63,386 nucleotides of DNA, filler included, from Octopus bimaculoides (GCF_001194135.2; 6 parts of 6 records of this genome joined end to end with filler, not necessarily neighbours in it); one strand, 5' to 3'; positions 42,716-54,692 are shown, counted from the whole stretch's first letter. Notes: a model not told the origin generated them from the sequence alone. Made by a program: numbers and translations.

Positions 42716-42768
42716 AGCTAATTTGGCTCATTGCATAGCGTCAAAAAAATTACTATTCACGGTAAAAT

Positions 42769-43500
42769 ATGGCATCAAAAATTAGACTCAGCAACATGTT
42801 GAAACCATTCTCTGGCCAAGGCGACGTGGTGGCCTGGATAAAGAAGGTGAAGCTGGTAGCAAAATTGCAGGGATACAAGACATAGCCAGCCTCCTACCTT
42901 TGTATTTAGAAGGTAGTGTGTTGAACCTTTATCTCGAGATGTTGGAAGACGATCAGCAAAAGATCTTAAAGATCGAGAAATGATTGAAAGTTACTTACAC
43001 AGAGGGAGCCTTTAAGGCGTATAGTAAGCTTGGAAGCATGAGGTGGACTGGAGAACAGGTCGATGACTATTTGAGTGAGATTAGGAGATTGGTGGCTTTA
43101 GCAGGGATTTCCTGTGAGGCAATAGAGAGTGTTGTGAGGTTGGCCTTTGTGACTGGATTTGCCAATCACATCTGAATAAGTTTGCCAGTGAATGAGTTGA
43201 TAGAGCGAACTCGTGTCGTGACTCAGAACAACACATGCGATGTAGTTTGTATGATGATGGAGATAAAAACAACAAAGAGACGAATGGAAACTAACCAGAA
43301 GAATGAGGCGTGAGAAGCTAGGCGAACGATGAAGGGACCATGTTTCAGGTGTCGGGGTCCTCATATAGTCAGAGACTGCATGGCACCAAAACTGAAAGTG
43401 GTGTACTACCGGTGTGACCAGCCTGGGCACATTGCTAACCAGTGCAAACAAGGAAATGGATGGAGGGTAGCTTCTACACCAGTAGCTACCCCGTCAACTA
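42769..43500 (+). pseudogene. Gypsy gag remnant with zinc knuckles
   Basis: MASKIRLSNMLKPFSGQGDVVAWIKKVKLVAKLQG...; WTGEQVDDYLSEIRRLVALAG; knuckle CFRCRGPHIVRDC and a degenerate second knuckle YRCDQPGHIANQC. Confidence 0.8.
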
Positions 43501-43509
43501 ATTAGAGGC

Positions 43510-46040
43510 ATACTCACGGTCACTGCCAATAATAAACTTTCAGGTGGGGTCGAGAGAGGTTTGAGCCCTTGTGAATACTGGTTTCACTACAACACTGGTG
43601 ACTGTAAATGTGGTACCTAGCTGGGGCGGTAACCCAAATCTGAGCAGGAAAGTCAGGTGCAGAGGGGAGAGCAGAATACAATTGATAGTACAAGGGTTGG
43701 TAGTGAAGGTTCAGGTGATTGTGGACGGAGTGGTGGGAATGGATGTGATTGTCCAGCTGGGAGTGGAATTCGGCAACTGATGTGCTGCGTGCTATGAGTA
43801 TGGAGAGGTGTAGGAAGGCTACGAGAGTGGTGGAACGCATGTAGAAACGTGTGTGACATTGAAGACAAGGAAACAGGATGAGCTGTTATGAACACCCCTT
43901 CAAAAGAGGAGCCAGGAATGAATTCAAGAGGGAGGTGGAGTGATGGATAGAGGAGAGTATTTTGAGGCCATGGAAAGCAGTAGAGAAAAATGGTGTGTTG
44001 CCCTTAATGACTGTGGTCCAGCCCATGACGAACAAGGTTCGACCAGTACTCGATTTTCGTGAACTGAATGAGCACGTCATGCCATATGAGTGGTGAGGCA
44101 GCAGACGTCTGTGAGGAAACTTTGTGGGTTTAGAGGCGCGTGACAGGAGCAACTACAATCGTCGACCTGAAGTCGGCCTATCTGCAACTCCATGTGTCCA
44201 AGAAACTGTGGAAGTACCAGTTGGTGAGGTATAAGGGTAGAACTCACTGCTTGACTCAGTTGGGGTTCGGCTTGAGTTTGGTATGAAAAGTTATGGCAAA
44301 GGTCCTAAAGAAAGTCTTGGGGAAAGTGGCTGAGGTGGAGCAAGCAACTAATTCATATATTGATGACATCCTTGTAGATGTGAGTGTAGTGACAGCAGAG
44401 GAAACTGTAGATCATCTGAAGAAGTTTGGGCTGACTGCTAAACTACCAGAGGCTATAGAAGGAGATGCTGCACTGAGGCTCAAGATTGAAAGAGATAAAA
44501 TGGGCAGGCTTGTTTTTCGCTGAGGAAATGAGATTCCGGCCCTGAGCAATGATATGAGTAGGCAAGAACTCTTCTCAGTGTGTGAAGAGCTGGTAGGACA
44601 CTACCCAATTGCAAGATGGCTCTGGAAGCATGTAGCTTCATCAAGAGGCATGCCAAAGAAGTAAAGTGGAGTGACAAAGTTGGGGAGAAGACAACTGCCA
44701 TGATGCAAGACGTTTTGGAGAGAGTGAGTGCGGAGGATCCAGGTAGGGGGAGCTGGAATGTGCCCGAAACAAAAAAGGGAGTTGTTTGGTGTGATGCAAG
44801 TAGCATCACAATAGAAGTCATCCTAGAAGTGGGGGGTGTAGAGGTGAAAGATGCAGCGTGGCTCAGAAAAAAGGATGATTGCAGCCACATCAATGTGGCT
44901 GAATTGGATGCTGTACTAAAGGGCATGAACTTGGCACTGAGATGGGGGCTCCACGTATTGGAAATTTGAACTGATTAGGCCACAGTAAGAGGATGGGTGG
45001 CATCAGTGATCAGCAATCAAAAGAGAGTCCACACAAAAGGAGACGCAGAAATGATTGTGAAGTGGTGGTTAGGAATCCTCAGAGAGCCGGCCACTGAGTT
45101 TGGCTTGAAACTACAGGTAGTGTTTGTGCCTTCAGAAAAGAATAAGGCAGGTGTGCTAACCAGGGTGAAAAAGCCCTGGTTAGTGGTGGCAGGGGATGTA
45201 CAGAGTGTGGTGGATGCAGCGTGTCACTTGGCGGGCTCAGAGCTGAGGAGGTTGCACAGCATGTTCCTGGCCAAGAAAGTGGACCCTAATGTTACCAGGG
45301 AAAGTGTTGCAGTGCTGCAACAGATGCCAGTCTATAGACCCCACACCGAGTGTGCATGAGGCAGAAAGGATTCAGGTTGGAGAAGATTGGAAGAGATTGG
45401 TGATAGATATGGCTCATTATCTGGGAAGGCAGTACATCTCAGTGGTTGACTGTGGGCCAGGAAGAATGACAATATGGAAGGAAATTAGGACAGGAGCTGC
45501 AGCTGAAACTGTAGAGGTCCCAAATGCAGAATTCCTGGAGAGGCGGCCAGTCGATGAGCTGTTGATGGACAACAGCACAGTGTTTCGCTCAGCACAATTG
45601 AAAGAAATGTTCAACCAATGGAATACCAGTCTCTTCAGAGTAGCATATAGGCCTGGCAGGAATGGGATTGTGAAGCATCACCATTGTACAATCCAAGCCA
45701 TTGCTGAGAGAGGGAAGATTTCCCCAATCGAAGCAGTTTCTGGCACAATATGTTGCCAAGGTCAGGACAGGCTGGGGAGATGGTCCCACAAAAGACTGTG
45801 TATAGATATGAATGGAGACACCTGAGCATGGAACCATGACCCTTTGGGGAAGAAGAAATGTCAGTAATTGTTCAAATCAGGGAAGAAGTGTGGGTGAAAC
45901 CCACTGATGTGCGATGTACAACTCAGTGGGGGAAAGGAAAGGCGACAGCAGTAAACTCACGTAACAACATGTCAGTGGAAGGAATGCTGCGTCACGTCCT
46001 AGATGTCAGGAGGGTCATGAGCTCTTCCAGTGATGAATAA
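43510..46040 (+). pseudogene. Gypsy pol remnant (protease, RT, RNase H, integrase)
   Basis: Protease ALVNTG (decayed DTG). RT VLDFRELNEH, IVDLKSAYLQL and SYIDDILVD. RNase H VVWCDASS...HINVAELDAVLKG. Integrase WKRLVIDMAHY...ISVVDCGPGR...LLMDNSTVFRS. Confidence 0.9.
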
Positions 46041-46141
46041 CAAAGAGAGGGAGAGACTGGCACCACATCCTTGCGACGATTCCAAAGAGAGTGTCATCCA
46101 CCTAAGTGACTGGAAGACTACGAAAAGGATGTGATAGTGAT

Positions 46142-46427
46142 TGTTAGATCAGTGAGGCATGTGGTATTGAGCTGAAGCTGTGGTGAAGGCAGCAGTGGGA
46201 GAGTGGGTAGGCCCTGTTGGAAGTCCCTGAGGACGGAAGTGCTCAAACGAGCACGTGCGGTGGGGTCAGGAAGAGAGCAGAGTGAAGTTGGACAGCGTGA
46301 AGTCAAGATGTGTGTGTACGACCAACAGAAGAAAATGATCATATGGGTGGTGAGAGAACGCTCCCTCCAAACCAACAGGTAAGAAAGCCTCAATTCTCCT
46401 TTTTCCTAATTTTCCCTTCATACTACA
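46142..46427 (+). repeat. 3' LTR of the Gypsy element
   Basis: Direct repeat of 42446-42715, roughly 80% identical by eye. The left boundary is approximate. Confidence 0.85.
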
Positions 46428-46877
46428 TATGTCTAACTCCACGCTGCTCTCAAGCCATGCTTCACACGTTGTTATGTGTAATACAGTGCTTAGTCAGTCA
46501 TACTATTTTCTATGTATATTTTCTTCCTCTGTCAGTTCTTATCAATACTGAAATGAGAAAATGCGTGCAATTGGTATGTTTATTTTAATTAAACTAAAAT
46601 ATTGGCTTCTGAATAGGTACAAAACAAAGGTGTTTGAAGAGTTTTAATTGATGTAAGTAAAGGGAATTAACACCCCACCTTCCCAATAATTAATTTTGAC
46701 TAATTTTAAGGGATCTTCAAGAAAAGCACAATATTTCCAATTAAAGTTTCTGACTAAATTCAATGTCATTATTAGCAAAGAGGAAGAAAACTTTCTGTTG
46801 ACAAACCAGTACGTTCAACTTTCGGTGCAATAGAAACCCGTAAAAGGCCGATGTTTGCCGATTACACCACGAATTTA

Positions 46878-46887
46878 ATGACGTCAT
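46878..46887. promoter_or_regulatory. Perfect CRE (ATF/CREB) palindrome ATGACGTCAT about 90 bp upstream of the RETREG ATG
   Basis: Motif seen directly in a locally CpG-rich stretch; function is inferred. Confidence 0.45.
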
Positions 46888-46975
46888 ATCTAAACTGCTC
46901 GGGAGAAAATGATGTGCCTCCTCTTGGGTGTTGTTCTTTTCTCAGTCGACGCGTCGTTCATTCTCTGAACGTGCC

Positions 46976-47121
46976 ATGGACTCTGACACTAAACGAGAAG
47001 GCTTACTGGAAGCCATTCTCAGTCCATGGGAAGGATGGATTTTGAGATTACAGAGTTTATTAATATGGGAGAAACCGCGATGGGCTATAGTTTGGTTATG
47101 CTCAATTCATCTTCTATTTTG
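46976..47121 (+). CDS. RETREG3: First coding exon of a FAM134/RETREG-family reticulophagy regulator (start of the reticulon-homology domain); closest by eye to RETREG3, paralogue assignment uncertain
   Basis: ATG in strong context (GCCATGG). It translates MDSDTKREGLLEAILSPWEGWILRLQSLLIWEKPRWAIVWLCSIHLLF(W), matching the remembered FAM134 pattern (human RETREG3 ...LVEVLGPYEPLLSRVQAALVWERPARSALWCLGLNAAFW). The exon ends TG|GTAGGT, a phase-2 donor; read-through gives TAG. Downstream exons were not identified. Confidence 0.85.
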
Positions 47122-49379
47122 GTAGGTATTGCATATCTCCTCTCTTTCATACCTGTTGTTAAACATAACCACACCTGTATTTTAATGCCATGCATTACTT
47201 TAGCATAGTGATCGACTACATTTTATTAATATAATAACTGTATCTCTGTTCATGTGTTTATATGTTTATTTTTATACAGCTGATTGTGTTTATATATTTT
47301 CTGTTTATATTCTCTCGTGTGTGTCCCTTATGATTATATTTTATTTGCTCTTCCTTTCACATTTTTACTTCTCAGCATTCCAAACATAATTTAGTCTCTA
47401 ATCTATTTCCGTTTTTGATATAGCCAGTGATCGTTATTGTTTAACACTTTATTGAGGTGATCTGATATCTAACATGGATGTAAGAAACAAAGATATGCCA
47501 CTGCTTGTTTTTCTATTTGCTCTCTCTTTCCATTAATAAATACGCCAAATGTTTAATACAAATTTAATGACAACTGAACTTATCCTAAAATCGTCATATT
47601 ATTAGATGAGGCGGAGAATATTAACAAATCTTTTCTTTATATTTAATAAGCTGTGTTTATTTTTGTGTTCCAATCTTATGAAGCAGAATGTATCCGATGT
47701 GATGGAGTTAAGGGTATAAATGAATTTTCGCTTCCTCCGAATATGGTTGGTAAACTGTTACATAAAGTATCCGGTAAAAATAGATCATCTTTCACTTACC
47801 TCCTCCTCACCACTAACATTTACAGGTTTGTTACCAACGGAGACTATTTTAACAGGTTCCTTTCTTGTTTCAAGTGGTTTTATCAAATCTTGTTTACACT
47901 TCGTCACGATTTCTAGTCGAGCTTCAAAGTTAGGGTAAAAGAGAGAGAGAGAAAAAAAATCTAACTCGACATATTTTCATCTGATTAGATTGTTGTACCT
48001 ATTTTAACGTGGGTCCAGAGCATTTTGCGATCGAAAAAATGAAACAAACTGATGAATTTTCTTTTCTTTTTAAAATTTGATAATAATAACCGGCTAATTT
48101 GTCTACTTAGTTACGAGTCAGTTAAATTAGCTAGATTGGTTGCTTGTATCTGGTGACTTGTGATATTTTGTTGCACTTCAAGCCATTTTAATCAAGCTCC
48201 TTAAAATCCTAAGCTAAACTATTTTTTTTAACTAGCAATTATTTAGATGGGGGCGAGTTGCAAGGGCACTTTTTGAGATCAATCTCAAAAAGTGCCCTTG
48301 CAACTCGCCCCCATCTAACGACGTACGTGAAAACTAACATTTTAATGAAATGGCCGAACACATGAACAGAGATACAGTTATTATATTAATAAAATGTAGT
48401 CGATCACTATGCTAAAGTAATGCTTACACTATACGTTAGTATATATAAATATATATAATAGTCATTCCTTCGCCATATAATATAGTACTGAACAATATAT
48501 GTAGTTTATTCTCCAGCTTGAAATGTTAATCCTTCCTCCTTGAAATATGTCTCACTTTCTGACTCAATGATTGTTATTGATTTAATTCTACTGATATTGT
48601 GTATCTAATGATTATGTTCTGAAATCATAATAGTGTTTATTTTCCTCCACACATGCGTAAAAGCCTGTGAATTTGTTCTTAAGGTGGGGACTAGAAAGTA
48701 AGGTATTTTGTACTATTTACCTGAAAAGAGTAATATTGTGTGTGGAGGCGTATTAAATTTTTTGGATAAGAAAATTCTTTCACAAAAGAAAACAACCATC
48801 TATTCCTGGGCCCTTCTCCAACAAGGTCGGGATAGCTATTCCGAAAGTCCGCCAATAAGAAAGATTATCCCCGTCTCACCGTAAACATTTATAGAAAGTT
48901 ATGACGTTCATGCTTATCCTAAAACCATTATTATTTTTGTTGTTTAATCATAAATCAACTCTAATCAAATCAAAATGTTTCATTGTCTAGCTTATTTTGC
49001 ATTTAAGTGTATCTAAAACTACATTAAGATGTTTGAGTGTGACTTGAGAAATTGGTTGCTATTTTTAGCACAACAAGCGACTAGCTAGAGGTTCTGACAA
49101 ACATCATCCATATTCAGATATTGAGTCAATAGATTATAGTCCTTTTTATACAAACGTGTGGCTTGTGTCAAAGAAAGAAAATAAAATACTGAATCAGAAA
49201 ATAATAATATTTTCAGTAAACACATAATACATGCAGAGAAAGCTCTTCTTGGATATATATATATCAGAGTGAGCACATAAATGTGAAACAAGGTAGAAAA
49301 AATAGTACTCAAATACTGGAGGTAGAGTAATATGCTTTATTATTAAAGCTTCCCAAACATCACAAAAATATCACAAAAG

Positions 49380-49421
49380 AACTGATACTCAGAGTTTCAT
49401 GTTCCCATTCGTCGGACAGTT
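49380..49421 (-). ncRNA. Type I hammerhead-like motif with core CCGACGA
   Basis: The minus strand reads AACTG-T-CCGACGA-ATG(GGAA)CAT-GAA-ACTC-T-GAGT-A-T-CAGTT. All three stems can form and the cleavage triplet is GUA; core position 4 is C instead of U. Confidence 0.5.
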
Positions 49422-49920
49422 GGCAATTGTCCGACGAATGGGAACGTGAAACTCTGAACAGCAGTTTTTTGTGATGTTTTGAAGCTTTAATAATAAAGTA
49501 TTTATGTTTATATATATAAAGTTTTATCATGGCTACCGAATAATTGTCACATTTACAGATAAATTCCTCTATTTACATAATATCGTGGTCTCTTTCATTC
49601 TTTTGTTGTCTTGCCATTTCTATCAATATATANNNNNNNNNNNNNNNNNNNNNNNNNNNNNNNNNNNNNNNNNNNNNNNNNNNNNNNNNNNNNNNNNNNN
49701 NNNNNNNNNNNNNNNNNNNNNNNNNNNNNNNNNNNNNNNNNNNNNNNNNNNNNNNNNNNNNNNNNNNNNNNNNNNNNNNNNNNNNNNNNNNNNNNNNNNN
49801 NNNNNNNNNNNNNNNNNNNNNNNNNNNNNNNNNNNNNNNNNNNNNNNNNNNNNNNNNNNNNNNNNNNNNNNNNNNNNNNNNNNNNNNNNNNNNNNATGTA
49901 TGTATGTGTGTGTGTGTCTG

Positions 49921-49975
<55 letters not shown>

Positions 49976-50109
49976 ATGTATGTATGTATGTATATGTGTG
50001 TGTATATGTTGCTGAGAAATGAGTTGATAAAGTAATCGAGGTAGTCAGAATCTGTGATAGAATATGTAAGCTTAGACTAGTGCTGCAACATGGAATTGCA
50101 ACCATTATC

Positions 50110-52700
50110 TTGGCCTATGCCTGTCAGCCACGTCTATTTGATGAATAGAAAGACTGATTTTATGACACTCTCTTGCAGACTACCTTGTTGATGAATGACA
50201 AGGACCTTCTCTTTGTGGCTGGTGACTTCAATGGGCATGTTAAACAACATCCAGGGATCTTCCATCAATAGATTTGGTTCCTGCAATGAAGAGGGAACCA
50301 GGTTGCTGGAGTTCTGTGATGCAAATGATCTTAAAATCTGTAATACTAACTTCAGGAAACTTGCCAGTCACCTGTTCACCTACCAGTCTGGTGGGCACAT
50401 TAGTCAGATTGATTATATTCTCACCAGGAAATGAGAAAGATGGCTACTTATAAATGCCAAAACTTTTCCTGGTGAAAAATGCACCCTACAATATAGGTTA
50501 GTAGTTATTGACTTCAGGATCAGGGCTAAATGGATGCCCAGAAGATGACCAGCATGGAAAAGAAGGGTCTGGAAGCTTAAGGATCCTCTGAATGGAGAGG
50601 TTTAGAGATGTATTACTTGACGCTTTTGATGAAATAGAGAAGGATAAATGGAAGTTCCTACAGGACAACCTGTTAAGGGCTACTGATCAGATCTGTGGCT
50701 TGTGCAAAGTCCCCTCTCGACCTAAGGTGACATAGTGGTGGAACAATGTAGTTGACAGGCCCATTAGGAACAAGAAACAGGACTGGAAGTGTGGTGGTAG
50801 TAGGGAACTGTATCAGATAGCCAGAAGGGAAGCTAGGAGACAAGTTTACTTAGCCAGAGGTGAAGCAGAAAAGAGATTTGAGGACCAGAGACTTGAAGTG
50901 TTTCGAATTGCAAGACAGTGTGTGAGAGAGAATTGCGATGTTATGGGAGAGAAATGTGTTCGCATAGCTGATGACTCACTTGCATTTAATGAAACTGCAA
51001 AAAAAGAGACTTGGAAACGCCAGTATGAAAGGTTGCTAAATCAAGAAAATGAATGGAAAAAAGAGAATCTCCCAAATGTTAACCCAACCAGCTATCTGCA
51101 TTGACAGTACCTTGGTAGACAGGAAAAGCTTCCGGCTCATCAGTAATTGTCCATCATGAATCACTGCTGCGACACTTAAAATATTTGGCGGTGTAGGCTG
51201 TGGTCTAGTCATCCATATAGTTAACCAGGTGATACACAACGACTGGTGTAGTAGCACCATAGTCAACTGTTAGAAAGGTAAAGGTGACACTTTAGATAGA
51301 AATAATTACAGAGGTATCAAGTTGTCAGATCAGGTGGTGAAAGTCATGGAGAGGGTCATAGCCCAACTAAGTAGTGAGAGAGTTAGTTTAGATGAGAAGC
51401 AGTTTGGGTTTGTGCCAGGAAGAAGCACCACTGATGCTATATTTCTAGTAAGGCAGCTGCAAGAGAAATACACAGCCAAAGATAAACCCCTACACATGGC
51501 TTTTGTTGACTTGGAGAAAACCTTTGACAGGGTCCCCTAATCCCTTATCTGGTGGTCAATGTGGAAACTAGGGATAGACAAGTGGTTGGTGAGAGCTGTA
51601 CAAGCCATGTACAGGGATGCTACCAGTATGGTGAGGGTTGGCAATTAGTACAGTTCAGAATTCCGGGTACAAGTAGGGCTTCACCAAGGATCGGTGCTCA
51701 GCCCCTTTCTGGTTTATCAGAGTCCTTCAGGCAATAACAGAGGAACTTAAAACAGGCTGCCTGTGGGAACTCCTCTATGCTGACGACCTTGTTCTTATAG
51801 CTGAGTCACTACCAGAACTAGAGAAGTTTTAGGTATAGAAGCAAGGTCTAGAATTGAAGGGCCTTAGAGTTAACCTATCAAAAACAAAAGTCTTTATTAG
51901 TAGGAAGGTGGACAATTCACAAATTCTTTCAGGTAGACGGCCCTGCTCAATCTGTAGAAAAGGTATGGTTAGAAACTCCATAAGATGTACCCGGTGTAAG
52001 CTTTGGACATGTAAGAGGTGCAGCAATCAGAGGAAGGTTAACAGGGAAGTTAGTTTTTGTGTGTGGAAGATGTGCACTTACAGTAAACACCAAAAATGTA
52101 CAGAAAATAGATTCTATCACATGCTAGGCAGTAAAACTAGAAGTAGTTCATAGCTTCTGTTATCTAGGTGACCATGTCAGTAGCAGAGGAGGGTGCGCTG
52201 AAAGTGTAGCTGCTAGAATAAGAATAGGCTGGGCAAAGTTCAGAGAGCTCCTACCTCTGCTGGTAGCAAAGGTCCTCTCACTCAGAGTAAAAGGCAGACT
52301 GTATGAAGCTTGTGTGCGAACAGCCATCCTACACAGTAGTGAAACATGGGTTGTAACTGTTGAGGACATGCATAGGCTTGTAAGAAATGAAGCTTGTATG
52401 CCCTGCTGGATGTATGTCAGGGTGCATGCACAACAAAGTTTAAGTTGGACATAAGAAGCATCAGATGTGGTGTGCAATAGAGGTGGCTGCGCTGGTTTGG
52501 TCATGTGATGCGTATGGTTGAGGACAGCTGTGTGAAGAAGTGTTGCATACTAACAGTGGAGGTAACCTGTGGAAGAGGTAGACCCAGAAAGACATGGTGA
52601 AGCACAATCTGGGCTTCACAGAGGCAATGACGAGTGACCGAGACCTTTGCAGATATGCCATGCTTGAGAGGACCCATCAAGCCAAGTGAGATCATAGTTG
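50110..52700 (+). mobile_element. Decayed RTE-clade LINE (APE endonuclease + RT)
   Basis: Endonuclease: NEEGTRLLEFCDANDLKICNTNFRK...HLFTYQSGGHISQIDYIL. RT: YRGIK..DQVVKVMERVI, QFGFVPGRSTTDAIFLVRQLQEKY, AFVDLEKTFDRVP, GLHQGSVLSP and LLYADDL. Many frameshifts. Confidence 0.93.
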
Positions 52701-52711
52701 TGGCCGATGTA

Positions 52712-54200
52712 CCCCACCATTTACTTCCTTCTCCAAATCCACCAGCCCAACAACCCTGGCCACCCTATTGTCTCCGCCTGTAACTGCCTCATGGAATTGA
52801 TCTCAAAATACTTCAACCATGTCCTTGCTCCTCTAGTGGCTTCCCTCCCCTCTCACATTCACGACACTAACCATGCTCTCTGTCTCTTCAACTCATTCTC
52901 CTTCCCTCCTGGCCCCTCTAAACTTCTCTTCACTCTTGATATTAAGAGTCTGTGTATGGTGATCCTATGCAATGAAGGACTTCTTGCACTCAAACACTTT
53001 CTACATTTTCGACCCAACCCCCAACCTGACATCTTCAAACTTCTTCGTTTAGCCAAACTTGTTCTCTCCCTCAACAGCTTCTCGTTCTCAGAGGAATTTT
53101 ACTAACAGATCTCGGGAATGGCCATGTGTACGAGAATGGGCCCCAACTATGCGAACCTTTTTGTTGGATACGTTGAGGCTCAAATATTCTCGTGATTCAC
53201 AGGTCCCACTCCCGAAATCGTTATATTGATGACTGTATCGGTGTGACCTCACTCTCTCTTTTGTTCAATCCTTCCATCCTGCCCTCAAATTCTCCTGCAC
53301 TATTTGCAACACTTCCATCGCATTTCTTGACATTTCAGTCAGCATACACCACTCCACTCTCACTACCTCCATCCACTACAAACACACTGACTCACACTCA
53401 TACCTTAACTTCTCTTTTTACCACCCTACCCACACCAAGCTCTCCGTCCCCTACTCCCAATTCCTCTGTCTGCACAAGTTCTGCAGTGACAACCATGACT
53501 TTGAGACTCAGTTTCACCTCGTGGCTCACCACTTCATCCTTTGTAGATGTCCCCTCACCACTATCCACACAGCTCTTGCCAGAGCATATTCCCTGGACCG
53601 TGCCTCTGCTCTCTCTCCTTTGCACCTGCCCTGCCGTTGCCCGTCACCCATTTCTCCTCACCTACCAAACCGCCACCCTGCCCCTCCAATGCACCANNNN
53701 NNNNNNNNNNNNNNNNNNNNNNNNNNNNNNNNNNNNNNNNNNNNNNNNNNNNTTGCACATTTCCCCAACCTACCTCTTTCCACCTTTCCAACTTCCTGGT
53801 CCATAGTTTCTTCTTTAACCCCACGTATCGACCTGGCTTGTTTCCCTGCTCCCACCCATGCTGCCACACTTGCCCCTACCTCTCCAACACCATCATCCTC
53901 ACAGGCACCCATCATTGTCCCTATCATATCACCAACTCCTTTGCCTGCACTTCTAGCAACGTCATTTACTGCATCTCCTGCTGTTTCTGCCCTTCTCTGT
54001 ATATCGGTCAAATGGGTCACCGCTTGGTTGACCAGTTCGCAGAGCACCTCTAAGACACCCAGATCTCATGCCATTTCTGCTCTACTGATCAATCACAACA
54101 CCTATCTGTGTTCAGATTGTCTTTGAACAGGGGCCGAACAGGAATTAATCTCTCTTCACTCCTTTGTGCCACATGGGCTCAATTCCCATTTGATGCCCCT
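52712..54200 (+). mobile_element. Decayed Penelope-like element (RT + GIY-YIG endonuclease)
   Basis: RT: PTIYFLLQIHQPNNPGHPIVS, TLDIKSL, QISGMAMCTRMGPNYANLFVGY and RYIDDCIG. Endonuclease: CTSSNVIYCISCCFCPSLYIGQMGHRLVDQFAEHL. The C-terminus resembles EQELI...PHGLN. Confidence 0.9.
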
Positions 54201-54661
54201 CCTCTCTTCTCATCCGACACCTACTTCCTCTCTTCACTCCTACCCGCCTTCTCTCTTCATTGATACTCTCTCAACCTCCCCCTCCCCCACATCCATACTA
54301 CACACTACCACACCACATCACACACACTAGTACTGACTACTTTCCAGCACCCACACCACACACCATCATCTGCACACCCATATGCCATCATCCACACACC
54401 CACATATTACAGATGCACACACATGCACACCTTCGTTTTTGGATCACCAATACATTATTATCTACCCTTCTTTCTACCTTTCCTGTCAAACCTTTCCCCC
54501 TACATTNNNNNNNNNNNNNNNNNNNNNNNNNNNNNNNNNNNNNNNNNNNNTTAATTAATTAANNNNNNNNNNNNNNNNNNNNNNNNNNNNNNNNNNNNNN
54601 NNNNNNAGATGGACTTTCATATTTCTATACTTCAGTATGATTACACACTCACACATACACG

Positions 54662-54692
<31 letters not shown>

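Larger units (their letters stand above)
42446..46427 (+). mobile_element. Decayed Ty3/Gypsy LTR retrotransposon, about 4.0 kb
   Basis: Two direct LTRs ending ...CTTCATAC(C/T)ACA enclose gag, protease, RT, RNase H and integrase remnants in Gypsy order. There are many stops and frameshifts. Confidence 0.92.

Noticed and set aside
47826-47916. Possible RETREG exon 2 after CTAACATTTACAG or TTTTAACAG (FVTNGDYFNRFLSCFKWFYQILFTLRHDF*)
   Set aside because: The phase fits, but similarity to FAM134 exon 2 is weak, the frame hits a stop, and no good donor is present.
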